DNA of 64,000 bases from a virus (IMGVR_UViG_3300049049_000146:291216-355215); one strand, 5' to 3'. Shown: positions 20,271 through 29,861, numbered from the stretch's first letter. Translations and numbers: made by a program. The notes: a model not told the origin generated them from the sequence alone.

Positions 20271-20400
20271 GAGTGAGCCTACAGTCTACCATCTTCAGAT
20301 ACGAATCGAGTAACTCTTCGTATTGTGAAGGGTTCAGACGAAACTTGGAGGCAGCCTTGGTGAAGCGCTCCTCAAGAATAGGTAATTCAGAACGGCTCAT
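20188..20400 (-). CDS. Hypothetical protein
   Basis: 70 aa, GGGG upstream, fills the gap but overlaps the next ORF by 83 nt. Confidence 0.4.
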   Translation of the reverse strand: MSRSELPILEERFTKAASKFRLNPSQYEELLDSYLKMVDCRLTHEQILPRRCGGREAHAVRDGSARDSRG

Positions 20401-20413
20401 AGGTCAACAACCC

Positions 20414-21220
20414 CTAGAGTTCCTTCCAGGCACCGAGCGAAAACAGTAAGAAATCGTATTTCAGCGGGTCGTGAGGGTCGAGACAGCGCAAACTAGCTGT
20501 AATTTCCTCAGCAACAGCCCACGAACTACCCGATCTGCTCGTCAAGCCAAGAACAGAACTCGCTTTCTGTACATGCGTATCCAGCGGAATGATAAGCTCT
20601 GAGCGTGAGATTCCAGACCATATACCTAAATCTACGTCATCCTTCCGCACCATCCACCGCAGGAACATGTTGAGACGCTTGCATGCGCCTTTCTTACGGG
20701 GATCAGGAATCAGATAAGAGAACGAGGGAGAACCTTCGACAGGGAGACCTAAAGGGGAGAAATCTAATCCACGAAGGAGCGACACAAATGAACACAACGT
20801 GTCGTACAGAGGCTCCTCTTGTCGCTCGATAACGAAAGCGCTTTCAAGCGAGCCGTACATCTCAATCAAGTGCTTGGTTGCGTACAGCAGGCACCTGATG
20901 TCGTCCGCAGAATTGAATCGGTACAGCAGGCCGTGGAAATACTTCCTAACATCGGCACTCCTAACGAAGTCGTAAGGAGACGATCCCATTACGTCGAAGA
21001 TGCCTCGAACGACGGGAACGAATACCTTACGCTGACCGTACGCCAATGAAGACGCCACAAGGCCCGCGATCTCCAGGTCTTCCGGGCGCGAGTATCGATA
21101 GATCGTACCGATAGGGTCATCTGCTGAGGCACTAAGACGAAGGGCGGCTCTCTTTTCAGAAAGCCGCCTGTCCAGGAACTCACGCAGATAGTCAGATCGC
21201 TCTGACGAAAGCTGCATCAA
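20414..21220 (-). CDS. TIGR02757/DUF2400 family protein (EndoIII/HhH-related)
   Basis: DPI..Y..EDLEIAGLVASSLAYG, ACKRLNMFLRWMVRKDDVDLGIW, L.IPLDTHV, DP.DPLKYDF.LF.LG. Confidence 0.88.
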   Translation of the reverse strand: MMQLSSERSDYLREFLDRRLSEKRAALRLSASADDPIGTIYRYSRPEDLEIAGLVASSLAYGQRKVFVPVVRGIFDVMGSSPYDFVRSADVRKYFHGLLYRFNSADDIRCLLYATKHLIEMYGSLESAFVIERQEEPLYDTLCSFVSLLRGLDFSPLGLPVEGSPSFSYLIPDPRKKGACKRLNMFLRWMVRKDDVDLGIWSGISRSELIIPLDTHVQKASSVLGLTSRSGSSWAVAEEITASLRCLDPHDPLKYDFLLFSLGAWKEL

Positions 21221-22935
21221 CCCTCACACATCGTGCACTCGGAAGCAGACCGATAGTACGATCTGCTACCGCTGTCTCCTTTGAGAACAGAACTGGTACG
21301 GCAGTAATACAACGTTGCGAGCCCCGACGACCAAGCCTCAATGTGCACCTTGTTGAGGTACTTGGTATCAGTGTTCGCAGGGAAGAACAGGTTCAGGGAC
21401 TGGCCCTGGTCGATGTGACGCTGACGAGCGGCAGCCAGACGAACCAGGACGTACTGATTGAGTTCTCTCGCGGTGAGGAAAACGTTCTTCTCGTCTTCCG
21501 AGAGGAAATCCAGACCCTGGACGCTTCCGTTATTGTTGACGATGTGCTTCCAGGTCTCGGAATTGTTCTTGCCCTTCGAGTCAAGAAGAGCCTCAAGCTG
21601 CCTGTTCTTCTGCAGGAAGGTACCCTTCGCCGACTTCTGAGCGAAGGCGTTTGCGGCCCAAGGCTCGATACCCGCGGACACGTTACCCGAGATGAGCGAG
21701 TTCGAAACGGTAGGCGCAATCGCGAGGAGGTGCGTGTTACGACGGCCGTATCCCTTGCACCACTCAGGCTCACCGAACGCTTCAGCGAGGGCCTTCGTAG
21801 CGATCTCAGCCTCTGCGCGGATGAACTTGAACATCTGGAGGTTCAGGAGATGCGTCTCCATGCAGTCGAATGGGATCATTCGCTGCTGGAGCAGCGTATG
21901 GAACCCGAGGATGCCGAGACCGAGAGCGCGGCTCTTCACCGAGAAGGCATGTGCGCGCTCGAACCCCTTGAGGTTAGCCGTCTTCTGGATGAACTCCTCC
22001 ATGACAGCGTCAAGGAACCAGATTGCAAGCTGCACCGTATCGGTGTCCTTCCACTCATCCCAGCGTGCTGCGTTGAGGGAGCTAAGGCAGCACACGAACG
22101 TGTGGTGTTCATCGGTGTGGAGAAGGATCTCAGAGCACAACTGGGACGTCTTTACGTCCAGGCCAAGGTCCTTGTACCACTGAGGGCGCATTCTGTCTGC
22201 GTTGTCGCGGAAGAACAGGTAAGGCTCACCCGTCTCGAAGCGCGACTTCAGAATATGCTTCCAGCGACGACGAGACTCCTTGTCTCCGTCGACGACCTTC
22301 TGCATGAATTCATCACCGATGCTGACCGCGTGGTGAATATTCAGGCACTGACGATTGAGGTCGCCTTTGGGGCGACGCATCTCAATGAATTCGTCGAAAT
22401 CTCCGTGCTCGACGGGGAGGTACGCCGAAGATGCACCCCTGCGTGTTCCTCCCTGAGAGATGCCGATCGTCACAGAGTCCTGGATCTTCAGGAACGGTAC
22501 GATTCCGTCGGAGACTCCGTTGCCCTTGATGGCGGAGCCGCGGGCACGAACATCACCCCAATACGTGCCGATACCTCCGCCGTTCTTCGAGAGCATCGAG
22601 ATTTCGTGCATCGAAGACATGATTCCATCGACGCTGTCGGGAATCGTCATCCCGTAACACGAAATCGGAAGACCTCGCTCCGTGCCGAGGTTCGCAGCAA
22701 CAGGAGAAGCGGGGCACAGCCAGTTCTTCCAGAAGATATTGAAGAACTTCGCTTCGAGATCAGGACGCTTCAGCGTCTTCGCAGCGGCGCGTGCGAGACG
22801 CAAGTACATCGTACGAGGAGTCTCTCCTGCAAGGAGATACCCGCGGCTGAGGGTTTCGTAACCCTCAATAGTCATCCACTCAGGAACGTCGCCATTACGC
22901 TTCAGATCATCGAGATTAGGACTGCTCATGGTCAC
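21217..22935 (-). CDS. nrdA: Class I ribonucleotide reductase alpha subunit (short, no ATP cone)
   Basis: SP..N.G..RGLPISC, GGGIG, QGGTRRG, GEPY.FF, SQLCSEI, CCLSS, AIAPT, DQGQSLN, LYYCR, C-terminal CTMCEG. Confidence 0.96.
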   Translation of the reverse strand: MTMSSPNLDDLKRNGDVPEWMTIEGYETLSRGYLLAGETPRTMYLRLARAAAKTLKRPDLEAKFFNIFWKNWLCPASPVAANLGTERGLPISCYGMTIPDSVDGIMSSMHEISMLSKNGGGIGTYWGDVRARGSAIKGNGVSDGIVPFLKIQDSVTIGISQGGTRRGASSAYLPVEHGDFDEFIEMRRPKGDLNRQCLNIHHAVSIGDEFMQKVVDGDKESRRRWKHILKSRFETGEPYLFFRDNADRMRPQWYKDLGLDVKTSQLCSEILLHTDEHHTFVCCLSSLNAARWDEWKDTDTVQLAIWFLDAVMEEFIQKTANLKGFERAHAFSVKSRALGLGILGFHTLLQQRMIPFDCMETHLLNLQMFKFIRAEAEIATKALAEAFGEPEWCKGYGRRNTHLLAIAPTVSNSLISGNVSAGIEPWAANAFAQKSAKGTFLQKNRQLEALLDSKGKNNSETWKHIVNNNGSVQGLDFLSEDEKNVFLTARELNQYVLVRLAAARQRHIDQGQSLNLFFPANTDTKYLNKVHIEAWSSGLATLYYCRTSSVLKGDSGSRSYYRSASECTMCEG

Positions 22936-23915
22936 TCCGCCGCGTCGGCAAGGTCGTCATCGAACATGGTGTCGAAGTCGAGAGCGCCCTTCGAGTAGTC
23001 CGACACGCGATTTGCGAAGAAGTCCTGACTCTCTACACCACTACTGAGGAAATCGAACCAAGCCATGCGATCGAGAGACTCCGAATTGATGTTGTCCCAA
23101 TTGCGCTTGAGACCGAGGTCGCCAAGCTTCACGTTTGCGCGATTGCGAATGAACTGCTTCAGGTCGTACTTCGAGAGACCCTTAGGCTCACCAGCACCGA
23201 AAACAGAATCAATGAAGCTGTCCTCAAGAGCGACAGTAGTGCGAGCAGCCTCGTAGATCTCACGCTTCAATTCGTCGTCCCAGATTTCTGGGTTCTCAGA
23301 GATAAACTGACGGAACAGCCAGCATCCTGCTTCCGAGTGAAGCGATTCATCGCGAATCGAGAACGCGATGATTTGACCTACGCCCTTCAGGAGATTCCAT
23401 CGAGAGAAGTTGAGAAGAACAGCAAAGCTAGAAAACAACGAAACGCCCTCAGTGAACCCTGAGAACGTTGCGAGAGAGCGTGCGATGTCACGCTTATCAC
23501 CATTCTTTACAGCAAGGAGGCGGTCAATCTTCGCCTTGGCTGCTGGCTCCTCTAGGAAGGCGTCGTAGTCCTCCAGACCGAGGCTGTCGTTCAGGTGCGC
23601 GTACGCGATCGTGTGGATCGTCTCCATCGCACCGAAGCACGAGGCCATCATTGCAACCTCGGGGTGCCTGAACCAGCCAGCGACGTTCTTCGTCCAGTAG
23701 TCGTTGACGATGATTTCCGTCTGAATGAACCCCTTCAGCACGCCACCGACAATCGACTTATCGGTGTCACTCAGGAGGAGCTTCCAGTCCTGGACATCCG
23801 AGGACATCGGTACCTCGGAGTGCAGCCAATGGGCGTTCTGCTGCTTGAGCCAATAGTCGTAAGCTTGTGGGTAATGAAACGGCTTGTATGTGTTGCGTAC
23901 TTCCAGAAGACCCAC
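22932..23915 (-). CDS. nrdB: Class I ribonucleotide reductase beta subunit
   Basis: YKPF.YP, W.H.EVPM..DV.DW, ETIH..AY, EGVSLFSSF, RDESLH, DFFANR..DY. Confidence 0.96.
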   Translation of the reverse strand: MGLLEVRNTYKPFHYPQAYDYWLKQQNAHWLHSEVPMSSDVQDWKLLLSDTDKSIVGGVLKGFIQTEIIVNDYWTKNVAGWFRHPEVAMMASCFGAMETIHTIAYAHLNDSLGLEDYDAFLEEPAAKAKIDRLLAVKNGDKRDIARSLATFSGFTEGVSLFSSFAVLLNFSRWNLLKGVGQIIAFSIRDESLHSEAGCWLFRQFISENPEIWDDELKREIYEAARTTVALEDSFIDSVFGAGEPKGLSKYDLKQFIRNRANVKLGDLGLKRNWDNINSESLDRMAWFDFLSSGVESQDFFANRVSDYSKGALDFDTMFDDDLADAAE

Positions 23916-23979
23916 GGGACCACCTCAAAGGGAAAAGAATGCCGCTAGGGATCTAGAACGTGCCCAGTCCCTATGTTGT

Positions 23980-24068
23980 TTGACCCGAGCCGGAAAGGCC
24001 GTGACCTACTTAGCGAGTCTTGAGTCTAGATAAGTAGGGACCAAGCAGGTCTAAGACACGTCGGTCAA
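23980..24068. promoter_or_regulatory. Nested multi-stem element in the intergenic region upstream of nrdB
   Basis: Five nested complementary segments found by eye (see findings). Confidence 0.45.
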
Positions 24069-24077
24069 GCGAAAGAA

Positions 24078-24506
24078 TTAGCGACGTAACCACGCGTTAA
24101 GAGACGAGATATAAGCGTCGATGTGCTCCGAAAGCTTCATCAAAGCGCTGTCAATCTCCTTCTCGGTGGTGACGGCAGAAAGAGCAGGTACGAGATCGGA
24201 TTGTGCACGAGTCCACACGTCAGCGTCAACCTTGAACGCGTGCGCGAGACGCAGGTAAGAGTCGGACACAACAGCGAGAGCATGAGCACGTTCCGAGTAC
24301 GACCCTTTACGGGACTGGACGAGCACTGCCTTCAACTTCGTTGAAGTCTGAAGCAACTTCGTGGCACGAACGGAAGTGTAATCATCCCGGTCGGACGTCA
24401 TCGTCTTCTTCAACTGAGCAAGCTGACCCGCAGAACGGGTAACATGCTTCTCTTTGAGCATGCCTTCGAGCTTCTCGACAATTTCAAGCGCAGCCTTGTT
24501 AGTCAT
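24078..24506 (-). CDS. Hypothetical protein
   Basis: 142-aa helical ORF, strong GAGGAGG RBS. Confidence 0.6.
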   Translation of the reverse strand: MTNKAALEIVEKLEGMLKEKHVTRSAGQLAQLKKTMTSDRDDYTSVRATKLLQTSTKLKAVLVQSRKGSYSERAHALAVVSDSYLRLAHAFKVDADVWTRAQSDLVPALSAVTTEKEIDSALMKLSEHIDAYISSLNAWLRR

Positions 24507-25342
24507 CAGCCCCTCCTCACGAGGGAAGACGGGCTGATCAGCAGTTGCTCAAGATCGTCACGGAAGCACACTCCGTAGTATGAGCACCCAAGGTTGTGTC
24601 CTTCGTAGGTGCTCGAACACGTACGCGCAGGCATCTCACCCGAGTATAGGTCGTCCTTCGCCTTTGCGAACTGCTTCAAGGCTTCCGGGTAAACGTCGTG
24701 TAGAGGCTCGCGAACAAAGACCGCGAACTCTTTCGGCCGATTACGACTGAAGTACACAAAGATGAGCTTGTCGAGTGACCAGTCGAACTGCTGGTTCAGC
24801 GAAGCGAGGTAACAGGATGCCTGGACCATGTGCTTCGGGTATGGGCTGGTCAGCTTCTTCAGGTTCTCAGAAGACGTCGTCTTGAATTCCCCGACAGCGT
24901 TGTATCTCTTGAATACAGCATCAACGTGCATTCCAAGCTCTGAGTCGATCTCAAATTCTTCGTACTTCTGTGGTTTCCCGCAGACAGGGCACGTGGCGGA
25001 TCCCTCACGCATCTTTTCGGTAACGCCGCAGCAGGTCCAGTTACCGAACAACAGCGAAATCATTCCGAGGTACTGCTGTACGTGCTCGTGCACTGCATGC
25101 CCGATGCGGACATAGAAGTTGAAGGAGTAATCCTCACTCCTGACAGGCCGCTGATGAAGCGGCCATCGCTTGTGGATGACTACTTCACGAGAACAGAAAG
25201 GAAGGCGGCTCGCACGAAACTGGAAATCGTACGGAACGTAAAACTCCGAGGCCATCGCTTGATTGAGATCGACACTGACCGCCTTCTCAATCTCTGCGCG
25301 AATCTCGTTCGTCAGGCTTGCTGAAGGAACTCGTGCAGCCAT
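24506..25342 (-). CDS. PD-(D/E)xK (Cas4/RecB-like) exonuclease
   Basis: S.LP.C.R, G.AVH..VQ, HVD, EFKT, Q...Y, terminal C..C.Y...C; zinc-ribbon insertion CCG..CPVCG. Confidence 0.85.
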   Translation of the reverse strand: MAARVPSASLTNEIRAEIEKAVSVDLNQAMASEFYVPYDFQFRASRLPFCSREVVIHKRWPLHQRPVRSEDYSFNFYVRIGHAVHEHVQQYLGMISLLFGNWTCCGVTEKMREGSATCPVCGKPQKYEEFEIDSELGMHVDAVFKRYNAVGEFKTTSSENLKKLTSPYPKHMVQASCYLASLNQQFDWSLDKLIFVYFSRNRPKEFAVFVREPLHDVYPEALKQFAKAKDDLYSGEMPARTCSSTYEGHNLGCSYYGVCFRDDLEQLLISPSSLVRRG

Positions 25343-26289
25343 TCCAATTGCTCCTTCTGCAGCGAACCAGGATCCTGGTCAGGATCGTCAAGCGAGAGGG
25401 TTTTCACGCGGTCGAAGAACGGGAGAATCTCTTCTTTGATCTCTCTCGCTGCAACTCTTCCCGCGTGGTCGGGGTCCATGAAGAGGTATACGTACTTGAT
25501 ACCGAGGGCAAGAAGCATATCCCGCTTCTTGTCTGACCAGTTGTTCGATCCGAGGATCGACAGTGCCGGAATACCTGCCTGTAGCAGGTTGAGTGCGTCG
25601 ACCTCGCCCTCTACGAGGACGACAGAGTCAGTGCCAGGGAACGTATCGCGTACGTAGTCGAACGGAAAGAATGTAGTAAGCGCCTGGCACCAAGGTGCCC
25701 GGTAATACTTCATCTTCTTGTTCTTATCGAGCCGACGACCGACCCAACCAACGAGCCGGTCATTCTGCATGTACGGCCAAAGAATGCGCTCGACGACGAA
25801 CCGCTTGTACACCACACCGGAGTCGTTCTTCAACTCAACGGGCTGCTGCCAGAGGTACGAAGGAATCTTCTTGAGGAACTTTCTCTGAAGTCCGCGCCAA
25901 ACAGGCTCGGTCCACGGAGTGATCTCCTTAGGAAGGTCTTGACCTTCATCCTCCTTACCAAAAGACTCAAGCTCGTCATGAAGCTGGGCGAAGAGGTCCA
26001 TCTTCGCCACGCGCTCAGTGAACGTATTTGCGGTGGCCTGTTCAAATTCAGCCAGACCAAGAAGTCGGGCAACCTTATTCCAGCTGCCAGACCAGTTGCA
26101 CACCCAACAGTGTGCCTTCCGGCCGTCGCGAGTAAGTTCGAGGTTGTATCCCGTGTCAACCTTGTCCCCGTGAGGATTGGGGCAGTTGATCTTGATGTTA
26201 TTCCGTCCACCTGACCGCCAGTCAATGCCCGAGCGGCCAAGCTCACCCATGAGGTGAGCCTCTGCTTCTGCGGGATGCGGCCAGCGCAT
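25312..26289 (-). CDS. DnaG-type DNA primase
   Basis: Zinc-binding CP.PH.D...HCWVC, GWVGR, TOPRIM VEGEVDAL and DPDHAG. Confidence 0.9.
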   Translation of the reverse strand: MRWPHPAEAEAHLMGELGRSGIDWRSGGRNNIKINCPNPHGDKVDTGYNLELTRDGRKAHCWVCNWSGSWNKVARLLGLAEFEQATANTFTERVAKMDLFAQLHDELESFGKEDEGQDLPKEITPWTEPVWRGLQRKFLKKIPSYLWQQPVELKNDSGVVYKRFVVERILWPYMQNDRLVGWVGRRLDKNKKMKYYRAPWCQALTTFFPFDYVRDTFPGTDSVVLVEGEVDALNLLQAGIPALSILGSNNWSDKKRDMLLALGIKYVYLFMDPDHAGRVAAREIKEEILPFFDRVKTLSLDDPDQDPGSLQKEQLEWLHEFLQQA

Positions 26290-26291
26290 AA

Positions 26292-26615
26292 TCAACCCTT
26301 CGGGTCTGCGGGCGGATTCAAAAGCATCGCGGTCTGACGCACAAGATTGTTCCAGTGGTCAGGAGGGCATCCTTCGGGTGCCTTCGTCTGCGACGCGATG
26401 TTGTACCACTCGTACAACAGCTGAAGGTGCGCGTGAGGCGTCACAAACAGCTGAGTAAGCGGCAACAGCGGCAACTTCTCACCTGCCTGGATGTACGTCG
26501 AGTCGATTTCCATGTCCATCACAAGGATATCGTCAACGAAATACTCAACATACGTGGTCTTGGCGTCCTTCTGAGACACCGACACGTAGACCATGGGTAC
26601 CTTGATGGTCGTCAT
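26292..26615 (-). CDS. Hypothetical protein
   Basis: 107-aa ORF. Confidence 0.55.
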   Translation of the reverse strand: MTTIKVPMVYVSVSQKDAKTTYVEYFVDDILVMDMEIDSTYIQAGEKLPLLPLTQLFVTPHAHLQLLYEWYNIASQTKAPEGCPPDHWNNLVRQTAMLLNPPADPKG

Positions 26616-26636
26616 AGGCTTGGATTTACAGAACGC

Positions 26637-27398
26637 TCACTCGTCCGAAAGGCTTAGAGAATTCCCGGCGAGAGCGGAACGCCAGGCGCTGTACAACGAG
26701 CGCCCGGAGTAGAATGGGGGTTCGGTGGAGCGCACAGTAAACGTAGCGGTCCAGTTGACCTTGGCGGGGTCTTCTGCTTGCTCGCCAAACTGCAGGCCCT
26801 CGGGGTTGAAGAATCCACGAAGGAAAATCTCAGGATATACCAAGCTGTGGTACACGATGTAGGTGAAGTTGGGGCGGCCGTCTGCAAGAATCTTCTCCTC
26901 GTTCATCAGGTCGAAGAAGTCGTAGAAGTCCAGCAGCCCTGGAGGCAGGTCGATTGCGTCCGCGGTGAACGTCTGGCCTGAAATCTCGCCAGAAGTACGT
27001 GTACGAACAGGCAAAAGGTTACCGGTCTGGAAGGTGAACTGAACAGTAGGTTCATCGAAGAACGTGCTGCGGGAAGAATTCCGCCAAAGGTGGAGAATGG
27101 TCCCGGACCGCGTCTTTTCCTGAGCGGCGCGCATCGGGAAATTCCACTGCGTGTTCTCTGGTCCCGACCAGAAGATGATGTACCTACCCTGCGCCGCGAA
27201 CGATTCCGAAGTGATGATCATCGGCGCGCGGATCTGCGCGTAAGGGCCACGGTAGTCGCCGGAGGCCGTGTTCAGGTCCTGCGCCCTGATGCCGCGGCGC
27301 TGCATGATGTCGACCAGCCGCTCATCGTCACGGACAAGCTCTTGAACCGCGGCGAAATTAGTCAGGACTTGGGATGCTTCTGAGCCTGCTCCGGGCAT
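26637..27398 (-). CDS. Putative tail tube initiator/baseplate protein
   Basis: 'PE.....QEKTRSG.I..LW...V.F..QTG...GFF..L.F.E.A..P....W.ATF.V' resembles CIS/tube-fold baseplate proteins; AGGAG RBS. Confidence 0.5.
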   Translation of the reverse strand: MPGAGSEASQVLTNFAAVQELVRDDERLVDIMQRRGIRAQDLNTASGDYRGPYAQIRAPMIITSESFAAQGRYIIFWSGPENTQWNFPMRAAQEKTRSGTILHLWRNSSRSTFFDEPTVQFTFQTGNLLPVRTRTSGEISGQTFTADAIDLPPGLLDFYDFFDLMNEEKILADGRPNFTYIVYHSLVYPEIFLRGFFNPEGLQFGEQAEDPAKVNWTATFTVRSTEPPFYSGRSLYSAWRSALAGNSLSLSDE

Positions 27399-27473
27399 TT
27401 GCGCTCCTAACGCAGAGTGCCTGGCAAGAATTTCTCACCAGGCACTCCGTAGATAACCATCAACCTTCAGGTG

Positions 27474-28187
27474 TCACTCGTCGTCGGATTCCTCATCGAT
27501 CGCTTCACCGGTGAGCAATGCGTACTTCTCCTTCGCGTACTTCTGGACGATACCAGTCGTGTTCGCGATGATGTATGCAAGGTCAGCCTCAGTGAGTTCG
27601 ATGCCCTCAAGCTCATTCTTGGCCTGACGGGACTTGATCTCCTTGCTCGCGAGCGACTCACAGATCGACTCAACGCGGGCACTGACGTTCGTGTCAGTGA
27701 TCGCCTCTGCCATCTCGATCTCACTATCGCTTGCGAGGAAGTGCTCCGGGATCTCTGGGGCGGCGGCCACTGCCTTACCCTGAAGGCGGGCGTCAGCAAC
27801 CTCGTCGTCCTCTGCAGTCTTCTTCAGCGCACGCACGTCGCGGTTCTTGTAACCGATGCGCTCATACGCCTCAGCAATCGCTTCACGCACGCCTGGGCGG
27901 CCAAGCTCCTGCTCAGCCTGGTCCTTCGGGACAAGCTCAAGAGCATTCGCGTCAAGAAGCTGACGCAACTGCGAGCTATTCCGAATCATGTTCGGGGTCG
28001 CCTTGTTGGAAAGGCAGATGGGGTGCTTGATATTCGGAATCGCCTCACGGTGCGTCCTACCATTATCGGACAGCGTGACGACGATGATGCCGCGCTTGCC
28101 GTCCTTCGTCTTGTAGACGTTGCGGACGTAGATCGGCTGCTTGTTATCCAGAAGCTCGTCAAGATAGACGAATGCACTCGTTTCCAT
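27474..28187 (-). CDS. Hypothetical protein
   Basis: ATG 28187 with GAGG RBS; strong phage codon bias. Confidence 0.65.
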   Translation of the reverse strand: METSAFVYLDELLDNKQPIYVRNVYKTKDGKRGIIVVTLSDNGRTHREAIPNIKHPICLSNKATPNMIRNSSQLRQLLDANALELVPKDQAEQELGRPGVREAIAEAYERIGYKNRDVRALKKTAEDDEVADARLQGKAVAAAPEIPEHFLASDSEIEMAEAITDTNVSARVESICESLASKEIKSRQAKNELEGIELTEADLAYIIANTTGIVQKYAKEKYALLTGEAIDEESDDE

Positions 28188-28195
28188 TGCGGACC

Positions 28196-28363
28196 TCACT
28201 TAGACTCAGTTGGCTTGTTGTCAGACTGCTTTTCGGAAGGGGAAGGAACCTCGCGCGGCTCTTCGCCATTAGAGGCCCGACGACGCTTGACCTTGTCCTC
28301 AAGGGATTCACCCTCAACGACCTGGGTGGACTGAACGACATCACCGTAGCGAACTGTAGACAT
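28196..28363 (-). CDS. Small hypothetical protein (55 aa, absent from the ORF track)
   Basis: GAGGT RBS then MSTVRYGDVVQSTQVVEGESLEDKVKRRRASNGEEPREVPSPSEKQSDNKPTESK; exactly fills the gap. Confidence 0.6.
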   Translation of the reverse strand: MSTVRYGDVVQSTQVVEGESLEDKVKRRRASNGEEPREVPSPSEKQSDNKPTESK

Positions 28364-28371
28364 GATGCACC

Positions 28372-29328
28372 TCACTCAAAAGTTTCGGGCATGATGCCCG
28401 TTGGTTCGAAGAATTCTTTCGGCCAGAGACCCGAAGCCTTTGCTGCGAGCCTCGTTCGGGACCATCGACCCGAAGGAACCGAAAAGTTCCAACGACCATA
28501 CGTGGAATGAGCCAGATCTCGAAGCAAACGAGAAGCAAAACCCTTCGACGGCAAGGGATCCTTCTCAAGAACCGAGGTTAAGATGCGATAAGCCACGGAT
28601 GGACCGTTGACAGAATGACTCCAAAACACGGCAGTAGCAAGGTCAGCCTCAGCTGAAAGAGGACCGCTGCCGTACAACCACTCCTGAAGAGTGGCGGTGC
28701 GCCCCGCAACTGTGAGTTTCTTGCGCTGCGACGTGTTGTTGAAGTGTTTGACGCCAAAGTCAACTTGAGCGTCGAACGTCTTTGGATTCGAGAACACTTC
28801 GTGGAATGCAAGCGCCCAGCGCTTGGATTCATCCCACTGAGGCCCGCTGCGAGGCACTTTGCCATCGACAGGAGTAAACACATCTCGGATGTGATCGCCG
28901 TACACGAGAGATCCCGTCTTTGCGCGTACGGTCACGGAACCAATCTGAACGGTCGCGTCTTTTGCGTAGCGAAGGTCGGTGCCAATAAGCGACCACCCCT
29001 CAGACGCAAACATCGAACGAAGCGATGCAGTAGTTTCATTAGGGAGCGATGCCACCAGCGCAAACAACGACCCTTGGTCATCAGCTGCGTTGAGATCTTC
29101 GTCCGCAAGTTCCTTCGGATAAACCGCAATAGCCTGGTGAAGGCCCGCAGTCATTCCCGTACCGTCATAGGCCATGACGGCACCAAAATTCCCACCTGAT
29201 TCGACCTTAGAGGTCAACCAAAGGACGCGGTCCATGTGGGAAGCGTCGCGTTGTAGAGTAAGCGACTGCTTCCCACGGATCCGGGGCCCAGAATAGGAAC
29301 CGTGAGACGAAAAAGAGACTAAGGTCAC
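28372..29328 (-). CDS. Putative lysozyme-fold peptidoglycan hydrolase (endolysin candidate)
   Basis: 'VESGGNFGAVMAYDGTGMTAGLHQ' (E..G....YD..G.T.G..Q) and 'HSVNGP' resemble lysozyme-like muramidase motifs. Confidence 0.5.
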   Translation of the reverse strand: MTLVSFSSHGSYSGPRIRGKQSLTLQRDASHMDRVLWLTSKVESGGNFGAVMAYDGTGMTAGLHQAIAVYPKELADEDLNAADDQGSLFALVASLPNETTASLRSMFASEGWSLIGTDLRYAKDATVQIGSVTVRAKTGSLVYGDHIRDVFTPVDGKVPRSGPQWDESKRWALAFHEVFSNPKTFDAQVDFGVKHFNNTSQRKKLTVAGRTATLQEWLYGSGPLSAEADLATAVFWSHSVNGPSVAYRILTSVLEKDPLPSKGFASRLLRDLAHSTYGRWNFSVPSGRWSRTRLAAKASGLWPKEFFEPTGIMPETFE

Positions 29329-29861
29329 TGACCCTCGCCTTCGCCTTCACCCTTCTCAGCAGCGTCAGCCGCAGCCTTCTTCTGCTTCTTCAGCTTCTTG
29401 CGCTCAGCGCGAGAAAGACCCGACTCAGGGTCACTGGACGACGTCTCAGCAGGTGCTTCTTCCGAAGCGGATTCAACCGTCTCGGACTCAACAGCAGGCT
29501 CCTCAGACTTCGGAGCTTCAGTGGTCTCTTCAACCTTTGGCTCTTCAGGCTTTGAATCAGCAGGAACGACAGGCTCGGAAGGGGCCGCAGGCTCCGTTGG
29601 CTCGACCGGAGGAGCCTCAACTTCGACCTTCTTCTCCTTCTGCTTCTTCAGCGCGAGAGGAGGCGAAGGTGGAGCAGCTACCTCAGGCTCAGCCGGAGCC
29701 GAGGTATGCTCCTCCTTTACGATGACCCCAAACTTACGCAACTCCTCTACGGTTGAATTGTCGAGAGGAGCAGCGAAATTGCTGTAAGGGCCTACACGGT
29801 GGCCGCGTACAAACACGACGCTGCCATTTGGGTTTCGTACATCGTAACGGCGACTACTCAT
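29325..29861 (-). CDS. Hypothetical protein with Pro/Glu-rich disordered tail
   Basis: 178 aa, GGAG RBS. Confidence 0.65.
   Translation of the reverse strand: MSSRRYDVRNPNGSVVFVRGHRVGPYSNFAAPLDNSTVEELRKFGVIVKEEHTSAPAEPEVAAPPSPPLALKKQKEKKVEVEAPPVEPTEPAAPSEPVVPADSKPEEPKVEETTEAPKSEEPAVESETVESASEEAPAETSSSDPESGLSRAERKKLKKQKKAAADAAEKGEGEGEGQ

Noticed and set aside
21343-22998. 551-aa plus-strand ORF, and similar long antisense ORFs (e.g. 39878-40786, 49391-50281, 27471-28334)
   Set aside because: These are shadow frames opposite well-supported genes with strong codon bias; they have no motifs or RBS.
23941-24040. NrdR boxes upstream of nrdB
   Set aside because: Only partial matches to the palindromic consensus; not convincing by eye.
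24506-25342. Cas4-like nuclease as evidence of CRISPR-Cas
   Set aside because: It is a stand-alone PD-(D/E)xK nuclease next to primase, which is common in phages; no array or other cas genes are in the window.
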